Assembly: GCA_049889275.1 (NCBI GenBank)
Contig: JBMHDS010000129.1
Location: forward strand, 28,751 to 92,750
Source of the DNA: Bradymonadia bacterium
Lineage (GTDB): Bacteria; Myxococcota_A; Bradymonadia; UBA7976; UBA1532
Direction: 5' to 3'
Length of the DNA: 64,000 nt
Shown: piece by piece, positions 48,487-58,742 of the stretch
Layout of the letters: the number at the start of each line of letters is the position of its first letter
Numbering within the stretch: position 1 is the first letter of the stretch
The notes under the pieces: model-generated
Databases searched by the model: none
The model's input: only the letters and a program-made list of their open reading frames with translations
What the model was told of the DNA's origin: nothing
Program-made: the position numbers and the translations under genes

Positions 48487-49584
48487 TCACTTGGGCTCGG
48501 GGCAGAATGGAAAAGTCGTCTCACTCTTCTTAGGCGCCGTTTGAGGCCGACTGTCCACAGGCTGCGGCGGTCCCGTCAGAACGCTTAAGGCTCCTTTTGC
48601 GCAGTTTTGCAGCGCTTTGGGTACAACAACCGGCACCTCGCCTTCGAGTTGACCTCGCGCAAGCATTTCAAGCGTCTTCGCACTCTCCACCGTCAGCTTC
48701 GCAAGTGACCCTCCCCGCTCGAAGTATGCTTTCGCCAAGGCCGTCAAGTGACAAGGTGCAGCTTCGTCGCCTCTTCGAGCTCGCGCTTCCATGATCTTTA
48801 TGACAGCTGCGACACCTTCAGCCCGTCGTTCCACCAGCGCGGCCTTAACTTTTGAACCATTCGGATTGGTGTTCAGCTCGCTTGCGATGAAGGCCAATGT
48901 CGCGGCCTTTTCGAGAGGTCCGCCAAGTATCGCTGTCACACAGGGAGAGGCGAAGTAACCGCTCATCCCCGTCGCAGCGAGGATTTCAGGTGCCTTCTTT
49001 GCACCTAACCGTTCTAAGGTCTCGCACGCCATGCTCAAATCCGATGGTGGTCGTACCCCACTCAATCTGCCCAAGCATTGTCGCTTCTCGTCTTCGCTTG
49101 GGACGAGCACCGCGCCGCCGATGGACGCCCCTCTTAGTTTTGCGATGCAGCGATTAAACCGAACCATCCAGCTGTCACGCGCCACGTTCAAGACGTATCT
49201 TTCGGCATTGATGGCGCTCAGACCGAGCCGACCGAGTAAATGCAACGCCAGGGGCTTTTCGTGTACCCGACCCTCGGTCAGTTTTTTCGACAGAAACTCC
49301 TGAGCTTGGTCGGGATGCTTGAGAAACAACTGATATTGTCGCCTACAATACCCAAGGTGCGCTTTAGGACTCGGTTTTTTGTAGCCGGCGGTCAAAACAG
49401 CCCTGAAAGCTGTGCGAAAGTCTGGCTCCGCTTGCCCTTTATCCAATTTTTTCTTGGCCTGCTTTACACTGTCGGACGACACCTCGGCGGTTTCTTCCGC
49501 GGACTGAACCCGCTTGGCCTGTTCACCGCTCGTCTTCTTCGGCGAACACGCAATTGAGCACATTAACGCGCCCAAGATGAACAT
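48487..49584 (-). CDS. hypothetical lipoprotein, alpha-helical (HEAT/TPR-like)
   Basis: Lipobox 'LMCSIACSPK'. Helical repeats. No catalytic motifs. Confidence 0.5.
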   Translation of the reverse strand: MFILGALMCSIACSPKKTSGEQAKRVQSAEETAEVSSDSVKQAKKKLDKGQAEPDFRTAFRAVLTAGYKKPSPKAHLGYCRRQYQLFLKHPDQAQEFLSKKLTEGRVHEKPLALHLLGRLGLSAINAERYVLNVARDSWMVRFNRCIAKLRGASIGGAVLVPSEDEKRQCLGRLSGVRPPSDLSMACETLERLGAKKAPEILAATGMSGYFASPCVTAILGGPLEKAATLAFIASELNTNPNGSKVKAALVERRAEGVAAVIKIMEARARRGDEAAPCHLTALAKAYFERGGSLAKLTVESAKTLEMLARGQLEGEVPVVVPKALQNCAKGALSVLTGPPQPVDSRPQTAPKKSETTFPFCPEPK

Positions 49585-49635
49585 ATGTCTCGTCTCTCGG
49601 TGTCTCCACAGATTCATTGTATGACTCCTATACAT

Positions 49636-50556
49636 TCAACAACTGGAACGATGATTCATCAACCGTCTGCTCACCGCACAGTAACGTGTCCCCTCGACCG
49701 CACATCCCTGCCCTTGGCCTCGGCGGATTCTCACGAGTGTGGTTAAACCGTATAGCCCAATCAGCGCGGACAAGATACTGCGTTCATCATCCTTGAGTGT
49801 GCGTCCATATCCTTCGACAAATGCATGCCAAGATGACGTCAAACCACACGCCATCGTCTCCATGTACACATGTACAAAGTCACACAGATAATAGTCAGCG
49901 CGACATTGTCCAAAGTCGATGAGCGAGATTTCATCAGCTCCAGGGGCGATGAGCCAATTTCGGCGTCGGTAATCGCGATGACACATCACGCGACGACCGA
50001 TTACTTTGTCACCAAGGACCCTGATACAGGTCTCTAGCAACGACCGTTCGCTGGATTCCAGGAGGTGCTGAAAAAGCGCCGTACCACGCCGCACATAGGC
50101 CTCGGCCAAGGGCATCGAGTCCAAATCTCGGTAAGGCGCTTTATGGAGCTGATCGAGCAGCTGACCCGCCCGTCCGTAGAGCTTAGACGAGGCAGTCATG
50201 GCCGGTGTCCCCGGCATCTTCTCGAGCAATAGAAAACGAGCATCTTCGCTCCACACATCGACGAGTTGAGGTACCGATTGGAAGCCAACGCCAGACAACA
50301 TGCGATACGCCATGAACTCGCGCTTCGCGGCTGCCAGCTGTTGATGCGCCTTCAAGATGAGCTCCGAGCCATCACCTGCCGTCAGCACGAATACGTCAGA
50401 CTGCTCATGAATGCCCGCCAACGGTGTCGCGTTCTGAATGCCGTGAGTCTTGATCAACCATACCAATAACGATTTGGTTGCCGTCAAATCATCGAGCTCT
50501 GACAGCACTCGGGCCATCTCGTTGAGCTGCTTATCCATTTCGCTCATTCGATTCAT
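49636..50556 (-). CDS. aminoglycoside/choline-kinase-like phosphotransferase (APH fold)
   Basis: Catalytic loop 'HRDYRRRNWL' (HxDxxxxN) and 'ISLIDFGQC' (D of the DFG-equivalent). N-terminal nucleotide-binding lobe. Confidence 0.6.
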   Translation of the reverse strand: MNRMSEMDKQLNEMARVLSELDDLTATKSLLVWLIKTHGIQNATPLAGIHEQSDVFVLTAGDGSELILKAHQQLAAAKREFMAYRMLSGVGFQSVPQLVDVWSEDARFLLLEKMPGTPAMTASSKLYGRAGQLLDQLHKAPYRDLDSMPLAEAYVRRGTALFQHLLESSERSLLETCIRVLGDKVIGRRVMCHRDYRRRNWLIAPGADEISLIDFGQCRADYYLCDFVHVYMETMACGLTSSWHAFVEGYGRTLKDDERSILSALIGLYGLTTLVRIRRGQGQGCAVEGTRYCAVSRRLMNHRSSC

Positions 50557-50659
50557 TAGACTTCGGCGACGCGATGTGGCAAGGAGTACAGGAGGATAAG
50601 AGTTGTTCGCCCATGGGGCTATCATATCTCCACCGGATAGACATTAGGAGTCAAAACAA

Positions 50660-50878
50660 ATGCCATATATCTGGATTTTCATGTTGGTGCTCACAACGGT
50701 CTGGGCATTTTGGGCGGACGTCGTCTTCGCACCGATCATGCCTTTCGCAGCCACTGATGGCGGCTGGCTCATCGGGCTTCTCGTATTGAGCATCGGCACA
50801 ACTGTGCTACTCACCTTGATGAACATGGTCGAAGAGAAGATCATGAACAGCGCCGCGGCCGAGCACGACCACCACTAA
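50660..50878 (+). CDS. small membrane protein (72 aa, two TM helices)
   Basis: SD 'TAGGAG' 9 nt upstream of ATG 50660. Two hydrophobic helices. C-terminal 'AAAEHDHH'. Confidence 0.4.
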   Translation: MPYIWIFMLVLTTVWAFWADVVFAPIMPFAATDGGWLIGLLVLSIGTTVLLTLMNMVEEKIMNSAAAEHDHH

Positions 50879-51219
50879 GTCTCGCAGACCATCCGCTCAT
50901 CGCCACCGCAAAAAAGCGCGGTGAATGATCACCAAACTGACCAAAGTGAGGGCGACGACCCACGCCACCCTCCCAGCAAATCTTTGACCCGATCGTGATT
51001 GGAGTCCGACACGTAGGCGTAATTGATGCCCGCTGGGAGACGCCAACAAACGCGATTTTATGTAAGCAAAACCTGCGGAGATGTTGCATCTGCCGCCAGG
51101 GACAGTGCATGCGTTCGAGACGTGGATTCATACCTTCGAACGACAGCTGAAAGACAACTGAATCGAAGGCGTGTACCTACGCGGCGGACGGAGAATGATA
51201 GCCAGCGGTGCAGCTTTGG

Positions 51220-53667
51220 CTAGCGCCGGCGTCTATGCGCGAGGAGAAGAATCATGCCCAAGAGCCAAACGGAGCTGCCTGGACCACTATCGTATCCAAC
51301 CAAGCAGTGACAACCAGGCGCAGCCTCTTCATCGAGCATGGCTGTGTTATCGACCGGCGGATTTATCCCTGTTCCTCCACCGCCAGCGATACCCGCGTCG
51401 CTAAATTGTCGATTGCCGCCGTCCGCCCGTGGCGCTGGCGAATCACCGCCGATGATCACATCCCGACCCGGTGGACCTGTCTGCGCGTTGAAGCACTGAG
51501 CAGTGCCAAGGATGAGATAACAAGCTTGGCCAGGCGGACAAGTGACATTTCGGCATGGGTCACCTGCGCATTGGCCCTCGACACAACGCTCGTGAGCTGG
51601 ACAATTGACACCATCGCATGGATCGGGCTGGCACTGACCATCGATACATGCATCACCATCTGGGCAGCTGAAGCTGCCACATGGGTCTTCTGTGCATGTC
51701 CCATCAACGCATGATTCACCCACCGCACATGACACCAAAGCGCAAGAATCGACGCATGCACCCGCGCGACAAAACTGGCCGTTGGGACAATTCAACATCC
51801 CGCACGGGTCATTTGCACATTGACCATCGATACATGCCTGTCCAACGGGGCAACCATGCAACTCGCAATCACCGTCCCGACAGGAGCCATGCACACAAAG
51901 CTGCCCTGGGCCGCAATTCAGATTGCCACAGGGGTCATCGCAAGCCCCCGTGTCGACTTGGCATTCGGACCCATCCGCGCACTCGACTCCGAAACAGAAT
52001 TCAACACAGACCTGTGGCTCCGCTTCGCATCGTTCACCGGCCGCAAAGCACTCACCGTTGGCACAGCGGTCGCGACATTGTCCGGCGAAACACAGTTGAT
52101 TATCCGGGCACAGATCTCCTTCGTCGAAGTTACCATCACAGTCATTATCGACGGCATCGCAAATCTCACCCGCGCCATCACAGAATCCGCACGCGTTCAG
52201 CAAACCTTCATCGATGCTACCATCGCAGTCATCGTCGAGCTGATTACACACTTCGTCCTGTGGTCCGACCTCGCCTGTGCATGTGAAGAAACCATTGATG
52301 CATTGCAGCTCACCCAATCGGCAGACACCAGGCAAGTCAGTCCCGCACGCATCGCCATCTGGCGGCACACCGGGCGTACATGGACGCTCACAGACATCAC
52401 CGATGCCATCTTCATCTTCATCTTCTTGTTCCGGGTTCTCAACGGTCGGACAGTTGTCGCAGGCATCGCCGAGGCCGTCGCCATCCGTATCCCGCTGGTC
52501 AGGGTTGGGGACTTCGGGGCAATTGTCGTCAGGACCGCAGAGCTCATCGTCGTCAACGTCAATACAAGCGCCGCCCAAGCTTCTCTCGAGCACCAAAATC
52601 GCGTAGGCCGTTGCGGCACCGACCCGCCAGTTGTCTGGCCTAGACCATCCGCCGTTCGCATCCTGCAACTGAATCAGTTTGTAAGCATAGTCGAAGTACC
52701 AGCCCTGCGGCTCTTCTGGATAGCCGTATGCATTGGGGTCGAGCTGTCCACCGATCTCTTCGCTGTTAATGCCTTGATGGGCGTCGGCTGTGACTTCATA
52801 GCCCTTCGCGGAAGCCCACATCGCATAGTAATAGCTGTTGCCCTGGTTCGCCTCGATGTCATGGTTCTGCTGCAACCATCGCAAGGCCGACTGCACGCGC
52901 TCATCTTCAGTGGGTACACTCGAGAGGCGGTACGTCCACACCCCCGATGATGTCATCGCGGTGGTGCTTCCGCTGTTTGAACTATTGCCACGATACCGAT
53001 GCCCACCGTCGGCGTTTTTCACGTTCGATAGAAACCGAGGTGTCATCATCAGGGGATTCGCCGCGTTTGGATACAGGGCCGATGCAGCCGACAGCCCTGC
53101 CGCCGCAAACTGCGTGGTCGACAAGTCGCCGTCTTCGTCGGCCTCCATCTCTTCATAGTCCCACCCCCCAGTGTTCGGGCCTCGGAACACCTGGTTCTCG
53201 GTGAGCCCAGCCACCCCGTTTTGAATCGCTTGAGTCACGGTACGACCAGCGCCGACCTCGTCGGGACCACCCGTCGTCAGATAAACGCTCAGCGCCATCA
53301 GGCTTGAACCGGTGACATACGATTGGGCTCTATTACCCAGTAAACCGGGGTCGTTTTGTAGGAGATATCTGACCGCTCGCTGAATCCTGTCTTGGTCTGC
53401 TGCATCCATGCCCACATAACCGACCGGTGGCGCATTCCAATCAGCGCTTGCTCGCCGCTCGAGGAAACATAAGATAGCGAGGCCTGTCACTCGAGGCTCA
53501 CCCGCAACATCAAAAGCGCCGGCGTTGTTTTGGCTATCGCGCAAAAAGTTAAGACCACGGTCGATCGCTGCGGTCACTTCCCGTCCAAACGGCGTCTCGA
53601 ATGCGGTCGCTTGCCCAAAAGGCAACAAAGCGAGCATCAAGCTGACGATGATGAAACGTGCATGCAT
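51220..53667 (-). CDS. chimeric surface protein: N-terminal prenyltransferase/squalene-oxidase-type alpha-alpha toroid repeats, TSP3 and MopE-like CxxxDxDCDGxxDE motifs, Cys-rich repeats, MYXO-CTERM-like tail
   Basis: Signal '[13 protein letters not shown]'. Repeats '[33 protein letters not shown]', '[12 protein letters not shown]'. '[44 protein letters not shown]'. '[15 protein letters not shown]'. C-terminus 'APGCHCLV...[14 protein letters not shown]'. Confidence 0.7.
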   Translation of the reverse strand: MHARFIIVSLMLALLPFGQATAFETPFGREVTAAIDRGLNFLRDSQNNAGAFDVAGEPRVTGLAILCFLERRASADWNAPPVGYVGMDAADQDRIQRAVRYLLQNDPGLLGNRAQSYVTGSSLMALSVYLTTGGPDEVGAGRTVTQAIQNGVAGLTENQVFRGPNTGGWDYEEMEADEDGDLSTTQFAAAGLSAASALYPNAANPLMMTPRFLSNVKNADGGHRYRGNSSNSGSTTAMTSSGVWTYRLSSVPTEDERVQSALRWLQQNHDIEANQGNSYYYAMWASAKGYEVTADAHQGINSEEIGGQLDPNAYGYPEEPQGWYFDYAYKLIQLQDANGGWSRPDNWRVGAATAYAILVLERSLGGACIDVDDDELCGPDDNCPEVPNPDQRDTDGDGLGDACDNCPTVENPEQEDEDEDGIGDVCERPCTPGVPPDGDACGTDLPGVCRLGELQCINGFFTCTGEVGPQDEVCNQLDDDCDGSIDEGLLNACGFCDGAGEICDAVDNDCDGNFDEGDLCPDNQLCFAGQCRDRCANGECFAAGERCEAEPQVCVEFCFGVECADGSECQVDTGACDDPCGNLNCGPGQLCVHGSCRDGDCELHGCPVGQACIDGQCANDPCGMLNCPNGQFCRAGACVDSCALVSCAVGESCVDGTCTEDPCGSFSCPDGDACIDGQCQPDPCDGVNCPAHERCVEGQCAGDPCRNVTCPPGQACYLILGTAQCFNAQTGPPGRDVIIGGDSPAPRADGGNRQFSDAGIAGGGGTGINPPVDNTAMLDEEAAPGCHCLVGYDSGPGSSVWLLGMILLLAHRRRR

Positions 53668-53961
53668 GTCGACCTCCTACTGAGAACTGCGTTCGTGGCC
53701 CGATTACGTGGGTATTATCGCATATAGGTGCCAAAATGGACCAGCTTGAAATCGACCGCCTACGCTTTTCGCGAAGACAATCGCGCATGTGAGCGCGTAT
53801 AGTAGTGCTCCGGCCGCTTTTGATTGTGATGATTGTAGCAGTGCTTGGCAAGCCGAACAGAGCCGATTAGCGGTAAAAATTTCGCGTAAATGGTGAGTTT
53901 GCCTACTCAAACGTCGTCCTTTTTGCGATGCAGGCCCAACCCCGAGGAGAATGACTGAATC

Positions 53962-54564
53962 ATGAGACCGATGCTCCGACTGTGCACCATAAACTGGATG
54001 CTCTATCTCACGCTTACGAGCAGTGGATGCAAAACCGGAGACCCATGCGCCACGAGCGAAGGGTGTAAAGAGCGTGGGCTGTGCGTGGGTTTTCAAGGCG
54101 TCTGCATCGCAGCGGCACCCAGTCACTGTTTGAACTCCAAGTACTGCCAAGAAGAAGGCCACTGCTCCGTCGTTGACGGCAAGTGCGCCGTGGCATCGAG
54201 CGATGATTGCCGCAAAAATTCAAGTGTCTGTACTCGCACAGGGCGGTGCGACCTCAGCCAAGGACAATGCGTCACCCGACGCTCCGATGCATGCCGCCTC
54301 GCCCGAGAAAAGATTCGAGACGTCAGTCGGTCTTATGTGGAGGTTGAACTCTGTAGTGGCCTCGGCCATTGCATCGCGAAAGATGGTCGCTGCCAGCCCG
54401 GTGGGGATCTTGACTGCCGCAATGCTTTTGTCTGCAGGGAGTGGGGTCGCTGCAGTGCTCATCGAGGTACGTGCTTGGCGCAACGGGACAGTGACTGCAA
54501 GAAATCTCGAGCATGCTCGCAGACGGGTGCGTGCACAGCGAAGATGGGAAAATGCGCCAAGTAA
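53962..54564 (+). CDS. small secreted cysteine-rich repeat protein (six ~27-aa four-Cys modules)
   Basis: Lipobox 'LTLTSSGCKTG'. Modules such as 'CQEEGHCSVVDGKCAVASSDDCRKNSSV', 'CTRTGRCDLSQGQCVTRRSDAC', 'CREWGRCSAHRGTCLAQRDSDC'. Confidence 0.55.
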   Translation: MRPMLRLCTINWMLYLTLTSSGCKTGDPCATSEGCKERGLCVGFQGVCIAAAPSHCLNSKYCQEEGHCSVVDGKCAVASSDDCRKNSSVCTRTGRCDLSQGQCVTRRSDACRLAREKIRDVSRSYVEVELCSGLGHCIAKDGRCQPGGDLDCRNAFVCREWGRCSAHRGTCLAQRDSDCKKSRACSQTGACTAKMGKCAK

Positions 54565-54635
54565 TGGGTTCAATCCTTGAAACCAAGCGCTTGGAGCGTT
54601 GAGTATTTCCAATACTTTCGTCACCATGTCCAAGA

Positions 54636-56525
54636 GTGTTCAACGGAAAGAGCGAATTGAAGAGTCTAAGACGGTCCATAGCGATGCTGACGCTCTCGTG
54701 CGTCGTCAGCGGTTGCGGTGACGAGCGGCCAAACAACTCGGTAGACGGCTCAATGGTTTCGGCGCTCGATGCGGCCACGCTCAATGACGCAGCCATCATC
54801 GAGGACGCGACGCCTCGAGACCAAACCACCATAGATGCAAATTTGGTTGATGTAGCTTTCGATGCTGATGTAAACGACGCTGAGCCACTCGACGCGCAAA
54901 GGGATGCAGCGCGCCCGATGGATTACCGGGTCGTCGACGACCCCAACACACTATCAAGTGACGAAGTGTTCGCTTGTGATTCGACACGTCAACGCACCAC
55001 ACCGAGCCGTCTATGGCGGCTCACTTCGAAGCAATATCGCAGACTGGTCAGCCAAGTCGTCGGGGTCAGATTTAGCCGTCTAGATACAAGTAACCCGTTC
55101 GACGGCCTCAGCTCGGGCAATCAATTTACGGCGTTGGCCGACGATTTCGGCATGGATGCCCCGACCTTCGATCTGCTCCGCCAAAATGCAAGAGCCATCT
55201 CCGACCAGCTAACTCAACCGGCCGGTCGCTTACCAGCCTGCATTCACGACCCGGAGGTACGCGCGTCGGTTGAATGCCAGCGGGCAGTACTCGACCAGGT
55301 CGCCCTTGAGCTTTGGCGGCGACCTTTGGCGGAAGATGAGGCCGTACGCTACCTCGAGATGGCAGAGCGGCAGAGCGATGAGCTGTCACCACTGGACATT
55401 ATCGCTGTACTCGTGGAAGCGATGGCACTCTCGCCCAACGCCTACTTCAGAGCCGAGCTCGGCGCGGAGCAAGCCGACGAGACAGGTCGCCATCGGCTTA
55501 CAGACCATGAAATCGCCGATGCGCTGTCTTTCGGGATTCTCGATGGACCTCCAGACGATATTTTGCGACTTGCGGCGAGCGAAGGGCGTCTGTCGGCGCC
55601 CGACGCCATCGCAGCGCAAGTCAGGCGACTCTTGTCAGCGAGAGAAGAGCGGCGTGCAATCCCACGTTTTTTTCAGGAGCTACTCGGCTACACAAAGGCG
55701 GTGAATGTCTTTAAGGATCCGGAAGTGTATCCCGACCTCGACATCGCCAGCATCGTGCGCTCTGCCGATCATACCATCGACTACCTTGTCAGACGCGGCG
55801 GTGACTCTCTGCGGCGCTTATTGACATCAACCGTTTTTGTGCCCGATTTACCGCTCTCATGTGAGACCTGTTTCGACGCCGAAGAGCTCGGTGCCCCCGG
55901 CACACCCACACGACAAGACCCAACCATTCGAGCGGGCCTTCTCACCCACCCTGCCTGGTTGATCGCACACTCGCGTAACGATGAGACCGATCCAGTCGGT
56001 CGAGGCAAATTTATCCGAGAAGCGCTGCTGTGCCAATCCGTCCCCGACGTACCCATCGACGTCATCCAACAGCTCCCATCCCCCGACGAATTCGAAACGA
56101 TGCGAGAACGGCTAGAGCAGCATAGCGCGCCGCAATGCGCTGGATGCCACCAATTGATGGATCCTCTCGGCCTCGCTTTCGAGACATACGACCATGTGGG
56201 GATCATGCAGGGGGGTCCGAACAGCCCCATCGATACAAATGCCATCTTGGTCGGCAGCGGTGACACCGACGGACCTGTGGCCGACGCCTTGGAGTTGACG
56301 CGCAGGCTCGCAGATTCTCGCGCCGTACAGCTTTGCCTGACTCGCGCTGCGTTTCGGTTTTTCATGGGCCGAAATGAACAGTTGGGTGATGGCTGTACGC
56401 TGACAGACGTTCAGACACAAGTGGATGAGGCAGGGGGCGACTTTAGCCAACTTCTGACCGCTTTGTTCGCATCCGACACCTTTTTGTATCGGCACCCGCA
56501 TGTAGACCGAGGGGATATGCCATGA
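54636..56525 (+). CDS. DUF1592/DUF1588-family protein (partner of DUF1501)
   Basis: Conserved Cys pair 'CAGCHQLMDPLGLAFETYDHVG' typical of the DUF1588 region. Signal/lipobox 'LSCVVSGCG'. Its stop overlaps the DUF1501 start (ATGA). Confidence 0.6.
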   Translation: MFNGKSELKSLRRSIAMLTLSCVVSGCGDERPNNSVDGSMVSALDAATLNDAAIIEDATPRDQTTIDANLVDVAFDADVNDAEPLDAQRDAARPMDYRVVDDPNTLSSDEVFACDSTRQRTTPSRLWRLTSKQYRRLVSQVVGVRFSRLDTSNPFDGLSSGNQFTALADDFGMDAPTFDLLRQNARAISDQLTQPAGRLPACIHDPEVRASVECQRAVLDQVALELWRRPLAEDEAVRYLEMAERQSDELSPLDIIAVLVEAMALSPNAYFRAELGAEQADETGRHRLTDHEIADALSFGILDGPPDDILRLAASEGRLSAPDAIAAQVRRLLSAREERRAIPRFFQELLGYTKAVNVFKDPEVYPDLDIASIVRSADHTIDYLVRRGGDSLRRLLTSTVFVPDLPLSCETCFDAEELGAPGTPTRQDPTIRAGLLTHPAWLIAHSRNDETDPVGRGKFIREALLCQSVPDVPIDVIQQLPSPDEFETMRERLEQHSAPQCAGCHQLMDPLGLAFETYDHVGIMQGGPNSPIDTNAILVGSGDTDGPVADALELTRRLADSRAVQLCLTRAAFRFFMGRNEQLGDGCTLTDVQTQVDEAGGDFSQLLTALFASDTFLYRHPHVDRGDMP

Positions 56526-57862
56526 AGATGAACCGCAGGCGATTTACACAGACGCTGGCAGGTGGCGTCGTTGGCGCCACAAGTCTTGCCAGTCTCACGA
56601 TGAAGGACGCCCTCGCTTGTGGCGATATCCTCCAACCCAAGCGGGTCATCTTCGTTATCGAAGGCTGCGGTATGAACTACACACGATTCACACCCAGCGA
56701 CATACCGAATCAAGCCGCCGGCGAATATCTCGAGGTAAGCAATTTCTCGCTCTCCCCCATGATGAATCAGCTGGCACGGCATCAAGACAAGCTGGTCTTG
56801 ATCGATGGTCTGTCAAATGACCAAGGACTCGCCGGCAGTGGTCACTCAACAGCCTATGCCGCGCTGTCATGCGTACCCAATGATCCCCCCAATGAAACGG
56901 GGCGACCGGGCGGAGAGACCATCGACATGTTTCTTGGGCGAGCCATGGGGCATTGCGTCCCTTTTCCAAATCTACTGCTCGCGGCGGGCCAGACCAATGC
57001 GGCACGCCTAACGGCGATCTCAGCAACGTCAGACCGACGTCCTGTGCCTCATTTTTGCAACCCGGGTGATGCCTTTGACCAACTCTTTGGCACGGTCGCA
57101 TCGGTGGAAAACCGTAGCTTGGCTCGAAAAAGAGCTGTCTTCGAGTTGGTCCGAGGTGATCTTGAGCGCCTGGGCGCGCGCCTCACTGGCCGTCAACGAG
57201 AGAAACTCGATGCGATCACCCGGTCCATTGATGCCATCGACGCGCGCGATGCAGCGCTGACGGCGAGAGCGGATGAACTCCAGGCGTGCGTGGCAGAGCT
57301 TACCCGGCCCACCTTCGACGGGCCCGAGGAGCAGCTCGATGCGCACTTCAAAGTCGCATCCGCAGCGCTCGCATGTGATCTCACACGGGTGGTCACCATT
57401 GCGTCAGGTTGCGGATTTAACTTTCTCGATATGAGCTTTCCTGGCCTTGGTTTGTCAGGTACGAAACACGCGATGGGCCACGGATATGCCGGTGGACTCG
57501 ATGCCCTCGATATGATTCACAATTTTCACGCGGGTTTAATCGCTGATCTTTGCGATCGACTACAGGCGATTCCGGAGGGTAACGGCTCTATGCTCGATCA
57601 CACCCTGATCGTTTGGACCAATGAGAATGGCGAACAACATCACGCCGGCTATCAGCGTTGGCCGGTGGTTTTACTCGCAGGCGATGGCATCGGCATCCAG
57701 CGAGGTCGATATATTCGCTACCCGGCCAAAGGCTTCGCGGGCGCACGAACACTCGCCGATTTCTGGAATAGTCTCTGCCACCTCGCAGGCGTGCCACGCA
57801 ATGATTTTGGCGCGCAGGGGCGCGAAATGGTCACCGGCCCCCTCGAGAGCCTCTTGGCCTAA
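56522..57862 (+). CDS. DUF1501-family protein with twin-arginine signal (sulfatase-like fold)
   Basis: Tat motif 'NRRRFTQTLAGGVVGATSLASL'. Family-typical 'LVLIDGLSND', 'LIVWTNENGEQHHAG'. Confidence 0.8.
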   Translation: MKMNRRRFTQTLAGGVVGATSLASLTMKDALACGDILQPKRVIFVIEGCGMNYTRFTPSDIPNQAAGEYLEVSNFSLSPMMNQLARHQDKLVLIDGLSNDQGLAGSGHSTAYAALSCVPNDPPNETGRPGGETIDMFLGRAMGHCVPFPNLLLAAGQTNAARLTAISATSDRRPVPHFCNPGDAFDQLFGTVASVENRSLARKRAVFELVRGDLERLGARLTGRQREKLDAITRSIDAIDARDAALTARADELQACVAELTRPTFDGPEEQLDAHFKVASAALACDLTRVVTIASGCGFNFLDMSFPGLGLSGTKHAMGHGYAGGLDALDMIHNFHAGLIADLCDRLQAIPEGNGSMLDHTLIVWTNENGEQHHAGYQRWPVVLLAGDGIGIQRGRYIRYPAKGFAGARTLADFWNSLCHLAGVPRNDFGAQGREMVTGPLESLLA

Positions 57863-58742
57863 GCAGTAGCAGGCATGCGAAGAGCAGACCAAGAGATGAC
57901 TTGGGTGCGCTCTGACACCCCTGCCAGCTGACTCGTTTGTTGCGCTCTGCGCCATCTGTCGCGTCCATCTGTGGACGGCTATCTGAGTTCACGGAATCTG
58001 CATCCAAGGGCACACGTCCATCGGCGCCATCTCTGTTCACCATCGCGTCGCCCACCGCTTGGTCATCCACGGCCTGTGAGGCGTCCTCCGGCATCGCCTG
58101 GTCTGCCCGCAGAGACAGGTCTCGCAACCCCACTGAAGCCATATCCTCTGGACTGGCTCGTTGATCTAATTCGACTTGAGCATCCATTGGCATGGCCATG
58201 TCCATCGGTACAGCTGCATCGGGCGCGGGGACCGTAATACATCCATCTTGATCGATACGACAGTCATTCAGACATCGCAGCTCACCCTCTGAGAAACCAA
58301 GGGTCATACATGTTCGGCCACCGAAATCATCTCCGTCGCACGCTTCATCACCTTGAATCATGCCATCACCGCATTGGTCCGGGTCGCGTCCGTCGGCGGG
58401 GTTGGTTACCGGCTGTCTTGGCAGCGCTTGTCCCGGCCGCCATAAGCAGTCGGGGTCAGCCAACTCATCGCCATTGGTCAGCCCATCAGCGTCTGAATCG
58501 AGACCACAAATCCCCGCCTCTGGATCGTCATCCCGTGCCCAGACGCCCCGACTCAGGCCGAAATCGATGCCGAAACCAGTACGAAGATTACGATTTTGTG
58601 GATCGAGGTGGCAGGTCTCACAACCAAACTGTGTCGGCACGCGATTGACATAGGCGGGTCTGCTGTAAGCGAGCGAGGTCCATGCACAGATACTCAGACC
58701 AAGGCCTGCAGTAAACAGCCTCATGAATTGCCTGTGGTCCAT
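57831..58742 (-). CDS. secreted protein with single CxxCH haem-c motif, TSP3-like Ca-binding motif and MYXO-CTERM-like tail
   Basis: Signal 'LGLSICAWTSLAYS'. 'FGCETCHLD' (CxxCH). 'DSDADGLTNGDELADPDC'. C-terminus 'GCQSAPKSSLGLLFACLLLLRPRGSRGGR'. Confidence 0.5.
   Translation of the reverse strand: MDHRQFMRLFTAGLGLSICAWTSLAYSRPAYVNRVPTQFGCETCHLDPQNRNLRTGFGIDFGLSRGVWARDDDPEAGICGLDSDADGLTNGDELADPDCLWRPGQALPRQPVTNPADGRDPDQCGDGMIQGDEACDGDDFGGRTCMTLGFSEGELRCLNDCRIDQDGCITVPAPDAAVPMDMAMPMDAQVELDQRASPEDMASVGLRDLSLRADQAMPEDASQAVDDQAVGDAMVNRDGADGRVPLDADSVNSDSRPQMDATDGAERNKRVSWQGCQSAPKSSLGLLFACLLLLRPRGSRGGR

Noticed and set aside
50899-50926. Hairpin CACCGC-aaaaaagc-GCGGTG downstream of the small membrane-protein gene
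   Set aside because: It is not followed by a U-run on either strand (the A/T run lies in the loop), so it is not a convincing intrinsic terminator.
51820-52950. 376-aa plus-strand ORF (and several 80-200-aa ORFs) antisense to the prenyl-repeat/TSP3 gene
   Set aside because: It has no RBS or signal features and a low-complexity composition, and it is fully contained within a strongly supported 815-aa gene on the opposite strand.
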